Position numbers and translations under genes: made by a program
Assembly (NCBI GenBank): GCA_024679065.1
Contig: JAGIQG010000014.1
Span: forward strand, 6,758,001 to 6,822,000
Length of the DNA: 64,000 bases
From: Sphyrna mokarran
Taxonomy: Eukaryota
Reading direction: 5' to 3'
Shown here: positions 48,590 through 60,879 of the stretch, piece after piece
Layout: every line of letters begins with the position of its first letter
Position numbering within the stretch: the first letter of the stretch is position 1
Notes under the pieces: model-generated
Database searches by the model: none
Told to the model about the DNA's origin: nothing
What the model saw: the letters and a program-made list of their open reading frames with translations, nothing else

Positions 48590-51500
48590 TCAGATGGCAT
48601 CTGCCATGTGCAAGTATCTGTGGTCTGATGCTGCCTGTGGTCGAACGCGGCAGTTGTAGTGCAAGACACTAGCTCTGTGTTACATAGCAACTGTAGTGTA
48701 AGTCAATCCACACAATAAAGCAGTATCTGGTTTGAAACAATTGCTACAGTTTTAGAAGAAACCGCAGTGTCCGGTAGTACTTGTGGTGTAATGCAGTAGC
48801 TGTGGTGTAGGGCATAACCAGGTAAGGTACATGTAATTTAAATCTGATCCAGCAATTTCAGAGGATAACTGATCTGCAAGTCAGAACTGTGGTGTAAGGT
48901 ATTAACTTTCGTGCAAGGCAGCATTTGTGATGTAAGGCAGTATCTGTGGTCCAAAGTGGAACATGTGTTGTAAGACACTTCCTGCGGTTTAAGATATATC
49001 CGTGGCGCAAGGCAGCATATCTGTAGTAGGTGGCACCAGTTATAAAAACCTTTGATATAGTGCAGTACCTGCAATATAAGACACTAATGAAGAGCAGACA
49101 GTTCCTCTGGTGAAGGCAGTATCTATGTGGTGAGATATTGTCCGACGATGTAAGACAGTACCATCTATGTGACATCGTTACTGCTCTGAGAGGAATGTCG
49201 TACAGTGAAGAGAGTATTTGGATTTGGAAGGTATACCTGTGGTGTAAATCAATACGTGCCGTGTAAGGATGTGAGTATAGTGCAATACAATACCTTTGGT
49301 GCAATTGTTTCCTGCGCTGGCAAAAAGCTCCAGTACTGTAAGGCCGAAACTATGAGGTAAGCAAGTGCATGTGCGTAAGACAACACCTGTCTTTGCAACG
49401 CAACAACTGCGGTGTAAGGCAGTACTTGCCTGGTTAAAATCTAGGTCAGAAATTTCATGTGTTTTATGAAGTCATAAAACTTTATGTTTTGCGTTTTGAA
49501 TTTGGTTTGGATAACCATGAGATGCTTCACTTCAGATATGAATTAAACGACAGACCAGTGCGCTTTAATCAGAAAATTTAATTCCAGAATACAGTTAAGA
49601 GACCCAAAGAAAATTAGCAGTAACTTTTACCAATCGCAAACAATAACAGAAACAACGATGATTTGTCAATCTTCAGAGCACAATGTGCCGTACCAACATA
49701 ACACACTTACTAACATATGCACTTAATTTCGATTCAACACAGAAAATACAAATGCTCAATGACGTTTCAGTTCTACAAACCATGTGGTCCTTTGGATGGA
49801 GAAATGAAACACTGCCTTCTGCATTCATAGACTCCCACACTGTGCATATACTGCCACTGCTCTCCTCCAGCTAGCAAACTACCAACAACAAAATGTTCAT
49901 GCTGAAAAGTACGAAAGTCTACTTCCACTAGCCAGCAGAATTTTTATTGCCAGGGAGGGACAAACCATTGCATACAGCCTAGAATCCAAACAACTTCCAA
50001 CAAACCAGCAAGAGAAACTGAAAGCAAAAGATCTCCTTCGAGGAAAAAATAAAACTCTTCCGCTTGCCCTGTCAAAAATCGGCCCCCAGCAATTCCAAAG
50101 TTGCCATAAACTCCATGAGAATGTATTACGCCTAGATTGAAAATAAATAAATAAACAATTTAATAACTTAAGGAACAATTAAATGACATTTAGTAGGCGG
50201 CTCAATGCCAGCTTCTTACTACAGCAAACATGATTAAATTGCATTTCTTAAAGCATAATAGCGTCACTTGTGCATTATTAAACGTTCCTTGAGGTGCAAA
50301 GTGTATCAGTTGCAGAACACAAAACTTGTGGTTTCAGGTAGCAGCTGCGCGAAAAAAAACAGTAACAGTTTTTTTTTAGGGAGCATCTATGGTGTAAGGC
50401 AGTAGCTTTGGAGCTATGTTGTGCTTGCAGTGCAGGGCATTACCTACGGTGTAATGCAGTAGCTATGTTTTAACGAAATAGATTCAGTGTAAGACAACAT
50501 GTATGATGTAAGGCAACATCTGTGGTTTAAGACATCAGTTGTGGTGTAGATAGCAACTGAGGTGTAAGGCAATAACTGTGCTGCAAACCAATTCCCGCAG
50601 TGAAGAAAGTACCTGCAGCCTGTGGAAGTACTTGTCGTGAAAGGCAAAAGCTGTGGATTAAGGTCTCAATGATAGGCCTTTTACACTGTGCTGGTGACGA
50701 CAGTACCTTTATGTAAGGAAGTGTCTGAGATGAAGTCATTCCCCTCGGTGTAAGGTAGTATCATTTGTGTCGTTACTGCACTGTAATGCAGTTCGTGGAG
50801 TAAAGACAATCTACGCTTTGAAAGGTAGTACCTGCGGTATAAAATAGAACATGTAGTGGAGGGCAGTGCTTATAATGAAGGCAGCCACTACGCTGAAGGC
50901 AGACTTATGGTGGGAGGCAAGCCATTGCTGCAGTGGAGTGTAAATAAAAAATATTTGTGGCAGAACGCAACACCTTCAAGGAAAGATGATACATATGGTG
51001 TAAGAACGTAGCTTCAGTTTAAATCCTGTTGTGTAATGCAGCTTCTGAAGTTCAGGGTAGTTACTATGGTTTACATAGACACTGCGTTTTTAAGCAACGC
51101 ATGCAGTGTGAGTTAGTTCCTTTAGGGTCAGTGATACCTGCAGTGTAAGGCAGAACCTGTGGCATAAGGCAATAGCTGCAATATCTGCTGTGCAAATCAT
51201 TAGTTGTAGTGCAAGGCAATATCTGTTGTGCAATAAAATTCCTGGCGTAAGGCGGTATCGTTTTGGCAAGGAAGTAGCCTCGGTGTAAAAAATGTACAAT
51301 GCGGTCTCAGTGGTTCAAGGTAGTACCTTTGGTTCAAGTTAGTATTCTGCTGGAAGTGAGCGAATGTGTTTTCAAGGAGAACCTGTGGTGTGAGACATTG
51401 GGTGCGGAGTTCGAGAGCAACTGTGCTGTAACCAGAAACTATGGTGTATGCGTTGGCATGTAGTGGCAGTAGCTGTGCTGCGAAGCATCGCCTGTGCGTA

Positions 51501-52140
51501 AGATACAACCGGTGGCGCAAGACAGTTGCGTGCGGTGTACCTGTTGTACCTGTTGTGTAAAGAAGTTGTTCAAGTGTGAAACAGCATCTTTGGTGTAAGG
51601 CCGCATCTGTGGTGGAATGCAGCGTCCGCGGTTCAAGGTAAGACCTGCGGTGCAATGTGGTATCCCTGTCGTAAGGCAGTATGTGGTAGAAGGCAGTCGC
51701 GGTGGTTTAAGGGAGAAACTGTGGTGTATGCATTGCCTGCGATGTAAGGCAGGGACGTGTAAGGTAGTGCTGCGGTATCAGGCAGAAGTCGCAGCATCAG
51801 GGAGTAGCATGATTCAGGATAGTGCCTGCAGTGCAGGACGATTCCTGTCATGCAATAAATCACCTGTGCTGGAAGGTGGTTCATCGGGTTTGTATCTGCT
51901 GTATCTGTGGTGAGCCTGCGGAGAAAGTATAAGATAGCCCCAGTGGTGTCGGCAATACCTGCTGTGTAATGTTGAACCTGTACTGTAGTCAGTACCTGCG
52001 GTGTAGACAGTAGCTATGGTGCAACACAGTTCTTGTAATTTAAGATAGCACCGACAATGTAAGGCAATAGATGCGCTGCAAGGCAGTACCTGCGATGTAT
52101 CGTAGAACATGCGGTGTAAGACTTTGCGTATACTGTACGG
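48590..52140. repeat. Degenerate 19-bp minisatellite 3' of gene A' (insert ~49430-50305)
   Basis: Duplicate of 8060-11610. Confidence 0.85.
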
Positions 52141-52164
52141 TAGTTAGGACTGATGCGAACTCAT

Positions 52165-52439
52165 AGCTTTATGAGGGACACAGCGTTAAATTAAGGGGTG
52201 GTGGTTATAGGACGGATGTCAGAGATAGGTTCTTTACCCAGAGGGTGGTAAGGGTATGGAATGCCCTGCCTGCGTCAGTTGTAGATGCGCCAAGTTTGGT
52301 TGCGTTTAAGAGGTTAGTAGATACGTTTATGGACGAAAAGGGAATGGTTTAGGTTAGAGGGTCATTGCTTTTTCCTAATTGGTCGGCGCAACATCGAGGG
52401 CCGAAGGGCCTGTTCTGCGCTGTAATGTTCTATGTTCTA
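52165..52439 (+). mobile_element. Short CR1 3' fragment 3' of gene A'
   Basis: Duplicate of 11632-11906. Confidence 0.88.
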
Positions 52440-52656
52440 TTTTACTCCACTATTGAATGATAACATTCGTATTTTCACTGATCGCACAGATTGGAGTAAG
52501 CCGCTACAGAAGGAAACACTAAAACTTACTGACGAATAGCAGTAGGCATCAGAAGATACAACAAAGAATGGCCCAGTACTTCTAGGGTCCCTTATTTAAA
52601 GAAACACGTTATATTTTTGTTGCAGGAAGGCCGGCACTCAAACATGAGCTTCACTA

Positions 52657-53585
52657 CTACCTGAACAGGGAGACAAGGTTTAATTTCGCATATTTTTGCA
52701 ACATCAGAATTATGGTCCAAGGAAATTTCACGATCTTCTTCAGCTCTTCCCTGAATTTAGCTTGTGTAGCTGCATAAATACACGTGTTCGTGCATGAACT
52801 TAAATGAATGAGCAGTGTTCCGGTTTCGGTGGCGATAAATGCAGCAGATGTGTAATCCGGCCGGATATAAACAAGCATCCGACTGGCTAGATAACTAATG
52901 ACTCTTGTCGCCCACAACAATATAAAGCTACTAGAAATAGTGAACAATAAAATAATGGACTTCTTTCGGTTCTGTATCTCTGGATCATTCTGATTCTCAC
53001 TGTTTTGAGCCCGCAAGCCGGCACGAGCTTTGCTGGACAACAAAATCCTTCTGATTGTCAAAAAATTAAATAGCAATATTAAAATGAACGGAATCCAGTT
53101 CAATAAGATACTTTGTAACAAGACAAATGCATCACCAATTTGAGAAGTATAAAAATCCTGCCTAGGGATGACACCCCATTGAACACCATTTCTTGTGCTT
53201 TCATGTTCAAATGCAAACCAAACGTACAAGTTCTGCAAATAGATAAGGACTGAGGATGTTGTTAAAACTGCAGCCGCTGTTCTCGCGGTGCAATAGATTG
53301 TTTTAAACTTCTGACTACATATAGCAATATATCGGTCAAACGTGAATGAAACTGTAAACCATACTGACATATAGAAGTTATTACAAAGCATATATATAAT
53401 TAATTTGCAAACAACAGTGTAGTAGAGGAATGAATTTGGAAAACGTTTTGTCAAAACGTTATATAAAAATACATTGATGAGCATCACTAACAAATCTGCG
53501 GTTGCCATGGCCACCATGTAGATAGAGACACATCTGGAAAGGCCGCAATTTCCTTTGGCGAGGATCACGATGGTCACGAGATTCG
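52657..53585 (-). CDS. GPR139-like orphan class A GPCR, gene A', coding exon 2 (spliced product 332 aa)
   Basis: Near-identical to gene A exon 2 (protein differs at N/Y and V/I only). TAG acceptor at 53586-53588. Confidence 0.92.
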
Positions 53586-55900
53586 CTATAAAAACAAGGG
53601 AGAAAAACCAAGTCATGGAAACAGTTTGGTTACACTCAGTATACTTTCGTGAAATGTTTGGATGCACTTTTGCTCGCTTATACACATGGGCTCAGTCTAT
53701 TGCACAAGACAGCAAAGGTGATATATTTATTGAAATATCAATATTTAAGCACCTGCGATGTTCTCCCAGTCGCAGTAACAGAAGTACAATCTTTTCTACA
53801 TGTTGAGGAGAGGGTCGCCAGATTCAGTCTACAGAATGTTAATGGAAAGCTCTCCTCAGCACCATCGACAACTGAAGAACCCAAGTCTTAAATGGCATCA
53901 GTTATGATTTCGGAGACTTGTATAAACCGGGTGATCTGGGATCAGCTTCCTTGCATCTATATCGATTTAATTACATTTAGCATCACCCCTGACACTAGCC
54001 CGAGACTCCATTCATCCTAAGTCGAAATCAAACGTCATGCCGCGTGCCCGAAGGGAAATCCACAGGAAGGAAATTCCGATTTGCTCAATAAATTGTACAT
54101 TTTGTCATTTCCTCAGTGAGTGTCCTCGGCTCAAACGTCTTCAGATTCATCTATATTACTCCAATATAACGACATAATTGAGAATGATCATTGATGGCTA
54201 CACAATGTATCACATGTGAGTCTTCAGATACCGAAGCAGCCCGTGTCTAAATGCAGCAAGATCTGGACAAAATGCAGATTTGGGCTCACGAGTGGGAATA
54301 ATGGCTGTGTCACGCAAATCTCGGGGAATGGCCGCTTACACCAATACATAATCTAACCATTTCCCCTTAACATTCGATGCCATCATTGAGTCCGCAACTG
54401 TTAGCATCAACCATAAACTCTACCTGAACTGTGCGAGCCATATGAAAAATAAAGTTTAGAAAATCTCAGCACGGCTGACAGATTCCGTCGGGAAGAAAAT
54501 TGTCGGCGCTTTTTCTAGCATTCCCTACTTTTATTTCAGATTTTAGCATGCACTTTATTTGGCTAATTTTAGCAAATAAATAATGTCCACAAAAGCAGAT
54601 CAGCGGTTTCGAAAGCTTCGGTGAATATCAGACCTCTTGTCTCCCAAAATCCTATGCACTGTTTCTAAGTTGATGGAGTGATGGAATACTCTCCACTTAC
54701 CTGCCCGAAGGCAGCTCCAAAGACCCTCAAGATGTTCTAGACAATGAAGGACAAAGCAGGCAGTCGGATTGCTAATCCGCTCACAAAATGTTAACTACCG
54801 CTACTGCAGACGCGCTATAGCAGCCGTGGGCAGCACTTAAGGAACACACCAGGCACCTTACACAGCATTATAACAAACCCTCGACTACGATCATCTAAAA
54901 AGTAACGGGCAGCAGATATCTGAGAACACCGCCATCTTAATATTGTCACAAAGTCATTGGACGAACTGAGTGGAAAATATATCGCTGTTCCTTCACTGTA
55001 ATTGTGTCAAAATCTTGGAACTCTCTTTTCCTCAACCAGCACTGTGGGTGCACTTACAACTTCGAAAGCAGCGAATCAGGAAGGCAACTCACCACCCGTA
55101 TCCGAAGAGCAGCGAAAAATGAAAAATAATGGACATGCATGCCCACATCACACAAATAAATAAAATGAATGCGACCAAACAAATGATTCATTTCTATACA
55201 GTAATTTGCTGCGCTGCAGCTTTGACAACTCAATCCATCCACCACGAGGCTTGTATCAGGTGATGCACCGACCAATTGTATAAGTGATCGCGGCGGCACG
55301 GTGGGGCAATCCATTGAACTTAGCGTCTTAAGTTTACTTTCAAGAGCTGCGTCCAATATCAGGGGCGGTAAGCGTAATATTCACTCGTTATGTAAATAAT
55401 AATAGTCTTTCAAATAAATCAGTGAGGTGAGAAAATAGCTATTGAAATTAATTCGAAGCGGTGGGATTCTAACGTTTATCATCAGCGGAAGGGAGCTGTC
55501 GGGCACAGAAAAGGAAACTGATTTGCAACCCTGAGGAGAGCAGCAGCCTCCTGAACAGGTTTTCCTTTTCCTTGAAATACATTCCAGTGATTTTTGCTTT
55601 CCCGAGAGGCCGCATTTCGAGGTATTGTCATCTTAAAGAAGTAAGAATACATATTGTCACTGCAAATAATTCGCATAGAGAATATGAACTGTCGGAAGGG
55701 AAGAGTATCAGCCTCAATCTCCGTTAATGTGGGGAGGGAATTTAAACTTCAGGTGTCACATTCTGAGCTGAACCGCGGCTCACAGGCGATGACAACCGTT
55801 GAGACTCTCACTGATATTCAACAATTTATCTCGGCAGAGAAAAGACATTGCAATAATGACCTTCTCGCAATCAGTTTGCTGAATCGGTGAGCAGTGAGTG

Positions 55901-56357
55901 ACAAAGAACAAAAACAGCCCGGGAAACAGGCCCTTGGCCCAATGAGCCCGCTCCGCAACCTCGATATTCCCACTTCTACCCATGAATCCTGTCATCCCTG
56001 TCTATTTTTATAGATCTATGCATTAGAACCAAATTTGAGAGAATTGAGGGAGAATTTGTTCTGTCAATCAGCCTAAGAGCACATCTTTGGGATGTGGGAG
56101 GAAACCGGAGCACACGGAGAAAACCCACGCAAGCACGGGGAGAATGCGTAATCTCCCACAGACACCGGCCCAAATCCATGTATCTGCACAGCACAGCAAT
56201 AGTCAGCTGTCGTGATGCCGATCAACAGGCCCAGGTCAAGCGTATACTAACAATGTGAAGCAACAGGCTACTCTTGAAAAATCCAAGAGCAGCCCTCTCA
56301 CGGCACATCGCGTGTATTCCCTTTGTTATACAAGGCGGACCGAAGTCCCCGTAGGAT
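55901..56357 (-). mobile_element. Composite V-SINE, intronic copy in gene A'
   Basis: Paralog of 15369-15819. Confidence 0.8.
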
Positions 56358-56502
56358 AAAACAAATACATCAATATCTTCAAAAATTTACACATTTCCCA
56401 GGGAAGTCACAAGGCTTATGATGCCTATTTTAAAATCAGTTTTCCATATCCCCCCATGCCCGGTATGCCGCAACTATGAGACAACACGGTGCATTGACTT
56501 AC

Positions 56503-56572
56503 CAGGCGTACCAAAAGCTGCCAGCACGGGATAGAAAAAATCAGTGAACTCTAGAATTAATGGGCGGGCCAT
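56503..56572 (-). CDS. GPR139-like GPCR gene A', first coding exon
   Basis: MARPLILEFTDFFYPVLAAFGTP plus G, then donor GTAAGT. Intron 53586-56502. Visible inside track ORF 56474..56713. Confidence 0.85.
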
Positions 56573-58299
56573 TGTGATTTCGAGAAGAATGCAAACGTTT
56601 CTCTCAATGCACCGTTGTGTAAAAGATTGCGAGGCTGTCACCTTTTGTACTGTAATACATTCCCTAAGGGAAAAAAAAATCAGGCTACGCACTAATTGCG
56701 TCACTTTCAGCAAATTAAATCAAAAAATCCCTTTCCTCTGGAGGGAATCCGGGTTGGCCAATCGACACACTGTTAATCCATGAAGCTCTGTCAATTAACA
56801 TATGTGATCAGGAAAAAATCCCGGAGCGCATGTGTTTTGAGCTGGCTCGCAGAAGACAGAATGAACTATGCCCATGGACACAATGTTAGATTCTGTCAGC
56901 TTCATCATGCACTTACTTAAACCATGCATCTACTGTATAGCTCACGTGCATTTCGCTCCTGTGTCCATAACTTTTCATTTGATGTGCATTGTGATAACTA
57001 GTGATGAATAGCCGTTCTTATTTGTGACAATTATCTTACTTTCCAGTGTCTTTACTACAGTCTGAATTGTAGGAACTAAACTACAAATTTACCATTAGTG
57101 TTAATCTATCATTATCAATGCGAATTGAACTTCAATATGTATGTGCTAATGAAACATTACTTGAAGTGATACTATCGCAGAGTGTCCCTTGCCTAACCCT
57201 GAAATATAGATTAGGCTTTGTAGCATTCTTTACCGTCACTCTGACGCACCAGTAAGAATTTGAGAGCCAGAGCTTGACACAGCTTGATGGACACGTTGCA
57301 TCACTCTGAACGAGTGGCAGCAACCTACTGCTGGCGATTGACCTCAATGCAACCGAGCTGCAAAGAAAATTTCTGAGTGCGTTGATATATTTTACCTATT
57401 TGAGATTTCAGTCAATAAAAAAGCGATGAAAATAGTTCCTTGCCGTGTGGGCACGATATTTCACCCATTGAAATTGCTTTTGCTGAAGTCTCCTCTGATC
57501 ACTTGGCCAGTATTTAATTTGAGCAAATGTTTGTTGTCTTGGATGATAACTTGCAAAGTTCCCTTGAAACATTTCTTTTGTGCGCCGCTGATTTGACATG
57601 AAATCAGTTGTCTGGCATTCTGGCGATTGCATCAACTCATCAGAACACTTTTCCTCATAACATTGAGAAAATCTTGACCAGACTGCATTCTTCCGAGTAA
57701 TTGTGTATCTGAGAATTTGTCCTATGTCTTGATTCTGTGACCTTTGTTGAGGCAGCAAAGGTAGCTGGCTTCGAAGCATTGAAACACAATTGTAAAATGC
57801 TGATATAAAACGTATATTGTGGAGTTCTGGGTGTGAATTGTCATCAGGGTGCAGAATTACAAATCATCATTTACAAAAATCCTGTGGTCACCATGAATGA
57901 ATTGTCATAAATACTTGTCGGTTTCACTTACGCCAATGGGGAAGGAAACATTCCATCCTCACCTACTGTCGTCTGCATGCCAGTCCAGGTATACAGCAAC
58001 CTATTTGACTCTACCTGCTCTCTTAAGGACGATTTGGGATTAATCGTGAATTATGACTTCTACCAGCAGTGTCCCCATCCCATAACTGAATGAAAAGGAT
58101 TGCTCACCTTGATATCAGCCTCCAACCCCGCCTCAATTACATCATGCCCATCATGCCAATGACGTCATGCCCCGTCCTCCATCGTCCAGAGGCCAGAAAA
58201 GCATAGCTTACAATAGTATGCAAGTTTATTTTTGATGAACTGCTTTCGTGCTTTTTTAGTTACTTCCAAAAATCATGCCTGCATTTGCTGAATTGAAAT

Positions 58300-60300
58300 C
58301 GACACTTACTTCATCTGAGGATGCCAAGAAGAATATTCTATACTGCGGCCTCACTTCAGTAGCCTTTGGTATTCTCATCCAACATCTGTCGAAATGCACA
58401 AAGATAAGTCTACAGTTTTCTTCAGTGTTTCATTCTGTTCTGAAATTTCATTATTCTTTGGTCACAAGTAACATTGATAGTCTCAATGATGATCTTTTAT
58501 TTCCGTTCTGAAAACGGGGCCATTGTTTCTAGTTTCATCAAAAAACTGACTTTCTGTGTCTTGCGAGCTTTTTATCATCTAAAAGTCATGATTTTGTTTT
58601 TGCTAACGTTAGTGTACCTCTGCTTCCTTTGAGTTCTAATCATTTTGAACACGCATGACAATACTCTTAACTGATGCTAACAAATCTGAAACATTCAGTG
58701 AAGTTGCATCAATCTTTAGCAATGGTTTTCTTGGGGCATGAATTTTTTGAAGCAAGTGGCTCCACAAAACATTAAAAACAGCAGTATCATACATTTCAAA
58801 TTTGTCTGCTAAAAATTTTGTTCAACTTTCACTCTTTTGTAATCCTACAGGTGCTTTGGTCCACCTTGTTGTCTAACGAGGGGCATACACGCGATGGGTC
58901 GTGAGAGAGCTGCTCTTGGATTGTTTTCCAGAGTATCCCAGTGCTTCACGTCGTTAGTGTACGCTTGACCTGGACCATCTGATGGGCAACACGACAGCTC
59001 AGGGACTATCGCTGTGCTGTGCAGATACATGGATTTCGGCCTGTGTCTGTGGGAGTTTGTGCATTCTCCCCGTGCTTGCGTGGGTTTCCTCCGGGTGCTC
59101 CGGTTTCCTCCCACATCCCAAAAATGTGCTCTTAGGCTGATTGGGTAACAAATTGCCCCTATATTGGTCCCTATATAGGAACCTTCAACAATAGGCATAG
59201 CCTACGTTAGTGTACGCTTGACCTGGACCCATCTATGTCACACGACAGCTCAGGTACTTCGCTGTTCTGTGCATATCATGTATTTCGTCCTGTTTCCTTG
59301 TGGGAGTTTGCCATTCTCCCCGTGCTTTCGTGGTTTTCTTCCTTTCCTCTGGTTTTTTCCTCCCACATCCAAAGGTGTGCTCTTCGTCTAATTGTTCAAA
59401 ACCCATCTTCCTAAATTGTCTCAAATTTGTTTTTTAATCTATTCTCTAAAAATTGACTTTGATCGCGGGTAGAGGTGGGAACAGCGGGTAGCGGCGCGGC
59501 CTTGTTGGGCCGAAGGGCCTGTTTACCGTGCTGTTTTGTTCTTTATTCTTGTTGTTCTTTTTAATTTGATTTGTTTGAAAAGACTTCTTTCATATTAGCA
59601 AAGTTCATTTTCAAAGTCAAAACGACCCATGCACGAGCGGGCCACCTGATATTCAAAACTCTTGACAAAAGTTTTAAATTTGCTTGTTCCAGGCCTGAGT
59701 GCAATACATTCCACCGATGAATGGAAACCGAAAAAAAACATATTATTTCAACACTTCAAGAGCTGGGCACTTATAGAGCTGGATTCATGGCAGCGTTGCA
59801 GTTTCAAGTCAAAAAGAGATTGGAATATGGGATGAACAATTCACAGTTCAGTCTCCTCTAAATCTGGATAGATTCCTCCCGTCTCCGTGGCATCATCGAG
59901 GCTCTGACCAGTACCAACTTTCAAACTGTAAACCACAAAATTTGTAATAAATTTCAAACATTATTACCTCCAGACAATCAAAAATATGGGATTGTAGCTG
60001 CAAAATATTTTACCCCACTGCCGCGTTGTTGGCCACATAGCTCAAAAGTATTGTTAATTTGTCATACACAATTCACATCTCGCGTTGAATTGACTAGTAT
60101 GGAATGTTTTTTTGACATTTTTTACTTCATTCGTGAAATGGTTTCTGAATCACTCTGTCGGACTAGTGATGAACTTAACATACGCCCTCAACAATGAAAC
60201 GTTGGTCTTCCTAATGCATAATACCGATGACTTTCGAAATGCTCTTGGGTAAGTTTATCAAATTCACAGAGATAATCAAAACATTTTCTTAAGGCGATAT
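58300..60300 (-). mobile_element. hAT transposase relic (paralog), interrupted by a V-SINE
   Basis: Homologous to 17745-19500. Confidence 0.68.
58844..59555 (+). mobile_element. Composite V-SINE upstream of gene A', with an internal ~250-bp degenerate duplication
   Basis: Same insertion site as 18290-18753. The V domain appears twice (about 59045-59130 and 59290-59385). Confidence 0.8.
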
Positions 60301-60814
60301 GACTGATCATTTACCACGTTATAAAACATGTGCCCAATGTTTTCCCACATCATTAATATACCTAAGTTATAAAATGTTTTTATCATTCTCGCAATCAGAG
60401 TTTTGTCCGAAATATGTGTCACCTATCAATTTATACGCGGTGCATTCGCGTATAACTCCTACCTCCGAGTTATTAACACGTATTGTAAACAATTGCGGAC
60501 CCAGCACTGATCCCCATGGGAGTTCATTGATTACTGATCGCCAAAGAGATTTTTTTTCATCATTTACTGTTTTTTTTTTAATACCGAATCAATTGATTTA
60601 TGTTACTTAACATTACACGGGAAAATGTGACAAAGAATAGATGGGATCGCATTTTACAACGACAAATCGCATATTCAATAATTTTGCAATTAGTAAAACC
60701 AATCTCTGACCATTTTATAATTCCACTGATAGTTTCACAATACAATACGTGCCATAATAAATGCAAACCTCAAAGCAGTCCGAAGCTTTCCCGGCGCAAC
60801 GGCAACTGCAAATT

Positions 60815-60879
60815 GCTTAGTTAGTCAAAGCGCTTGCCTAGTAAACAGGGCATCTTGAATTCAAATCACAGCGGTGCCT
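60815..60879 (+). pseudogene. tRNA-Thr(AGT)-derived pseudogene
   Basis: Paralog of 20016-20080. Confidence 0.78.
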
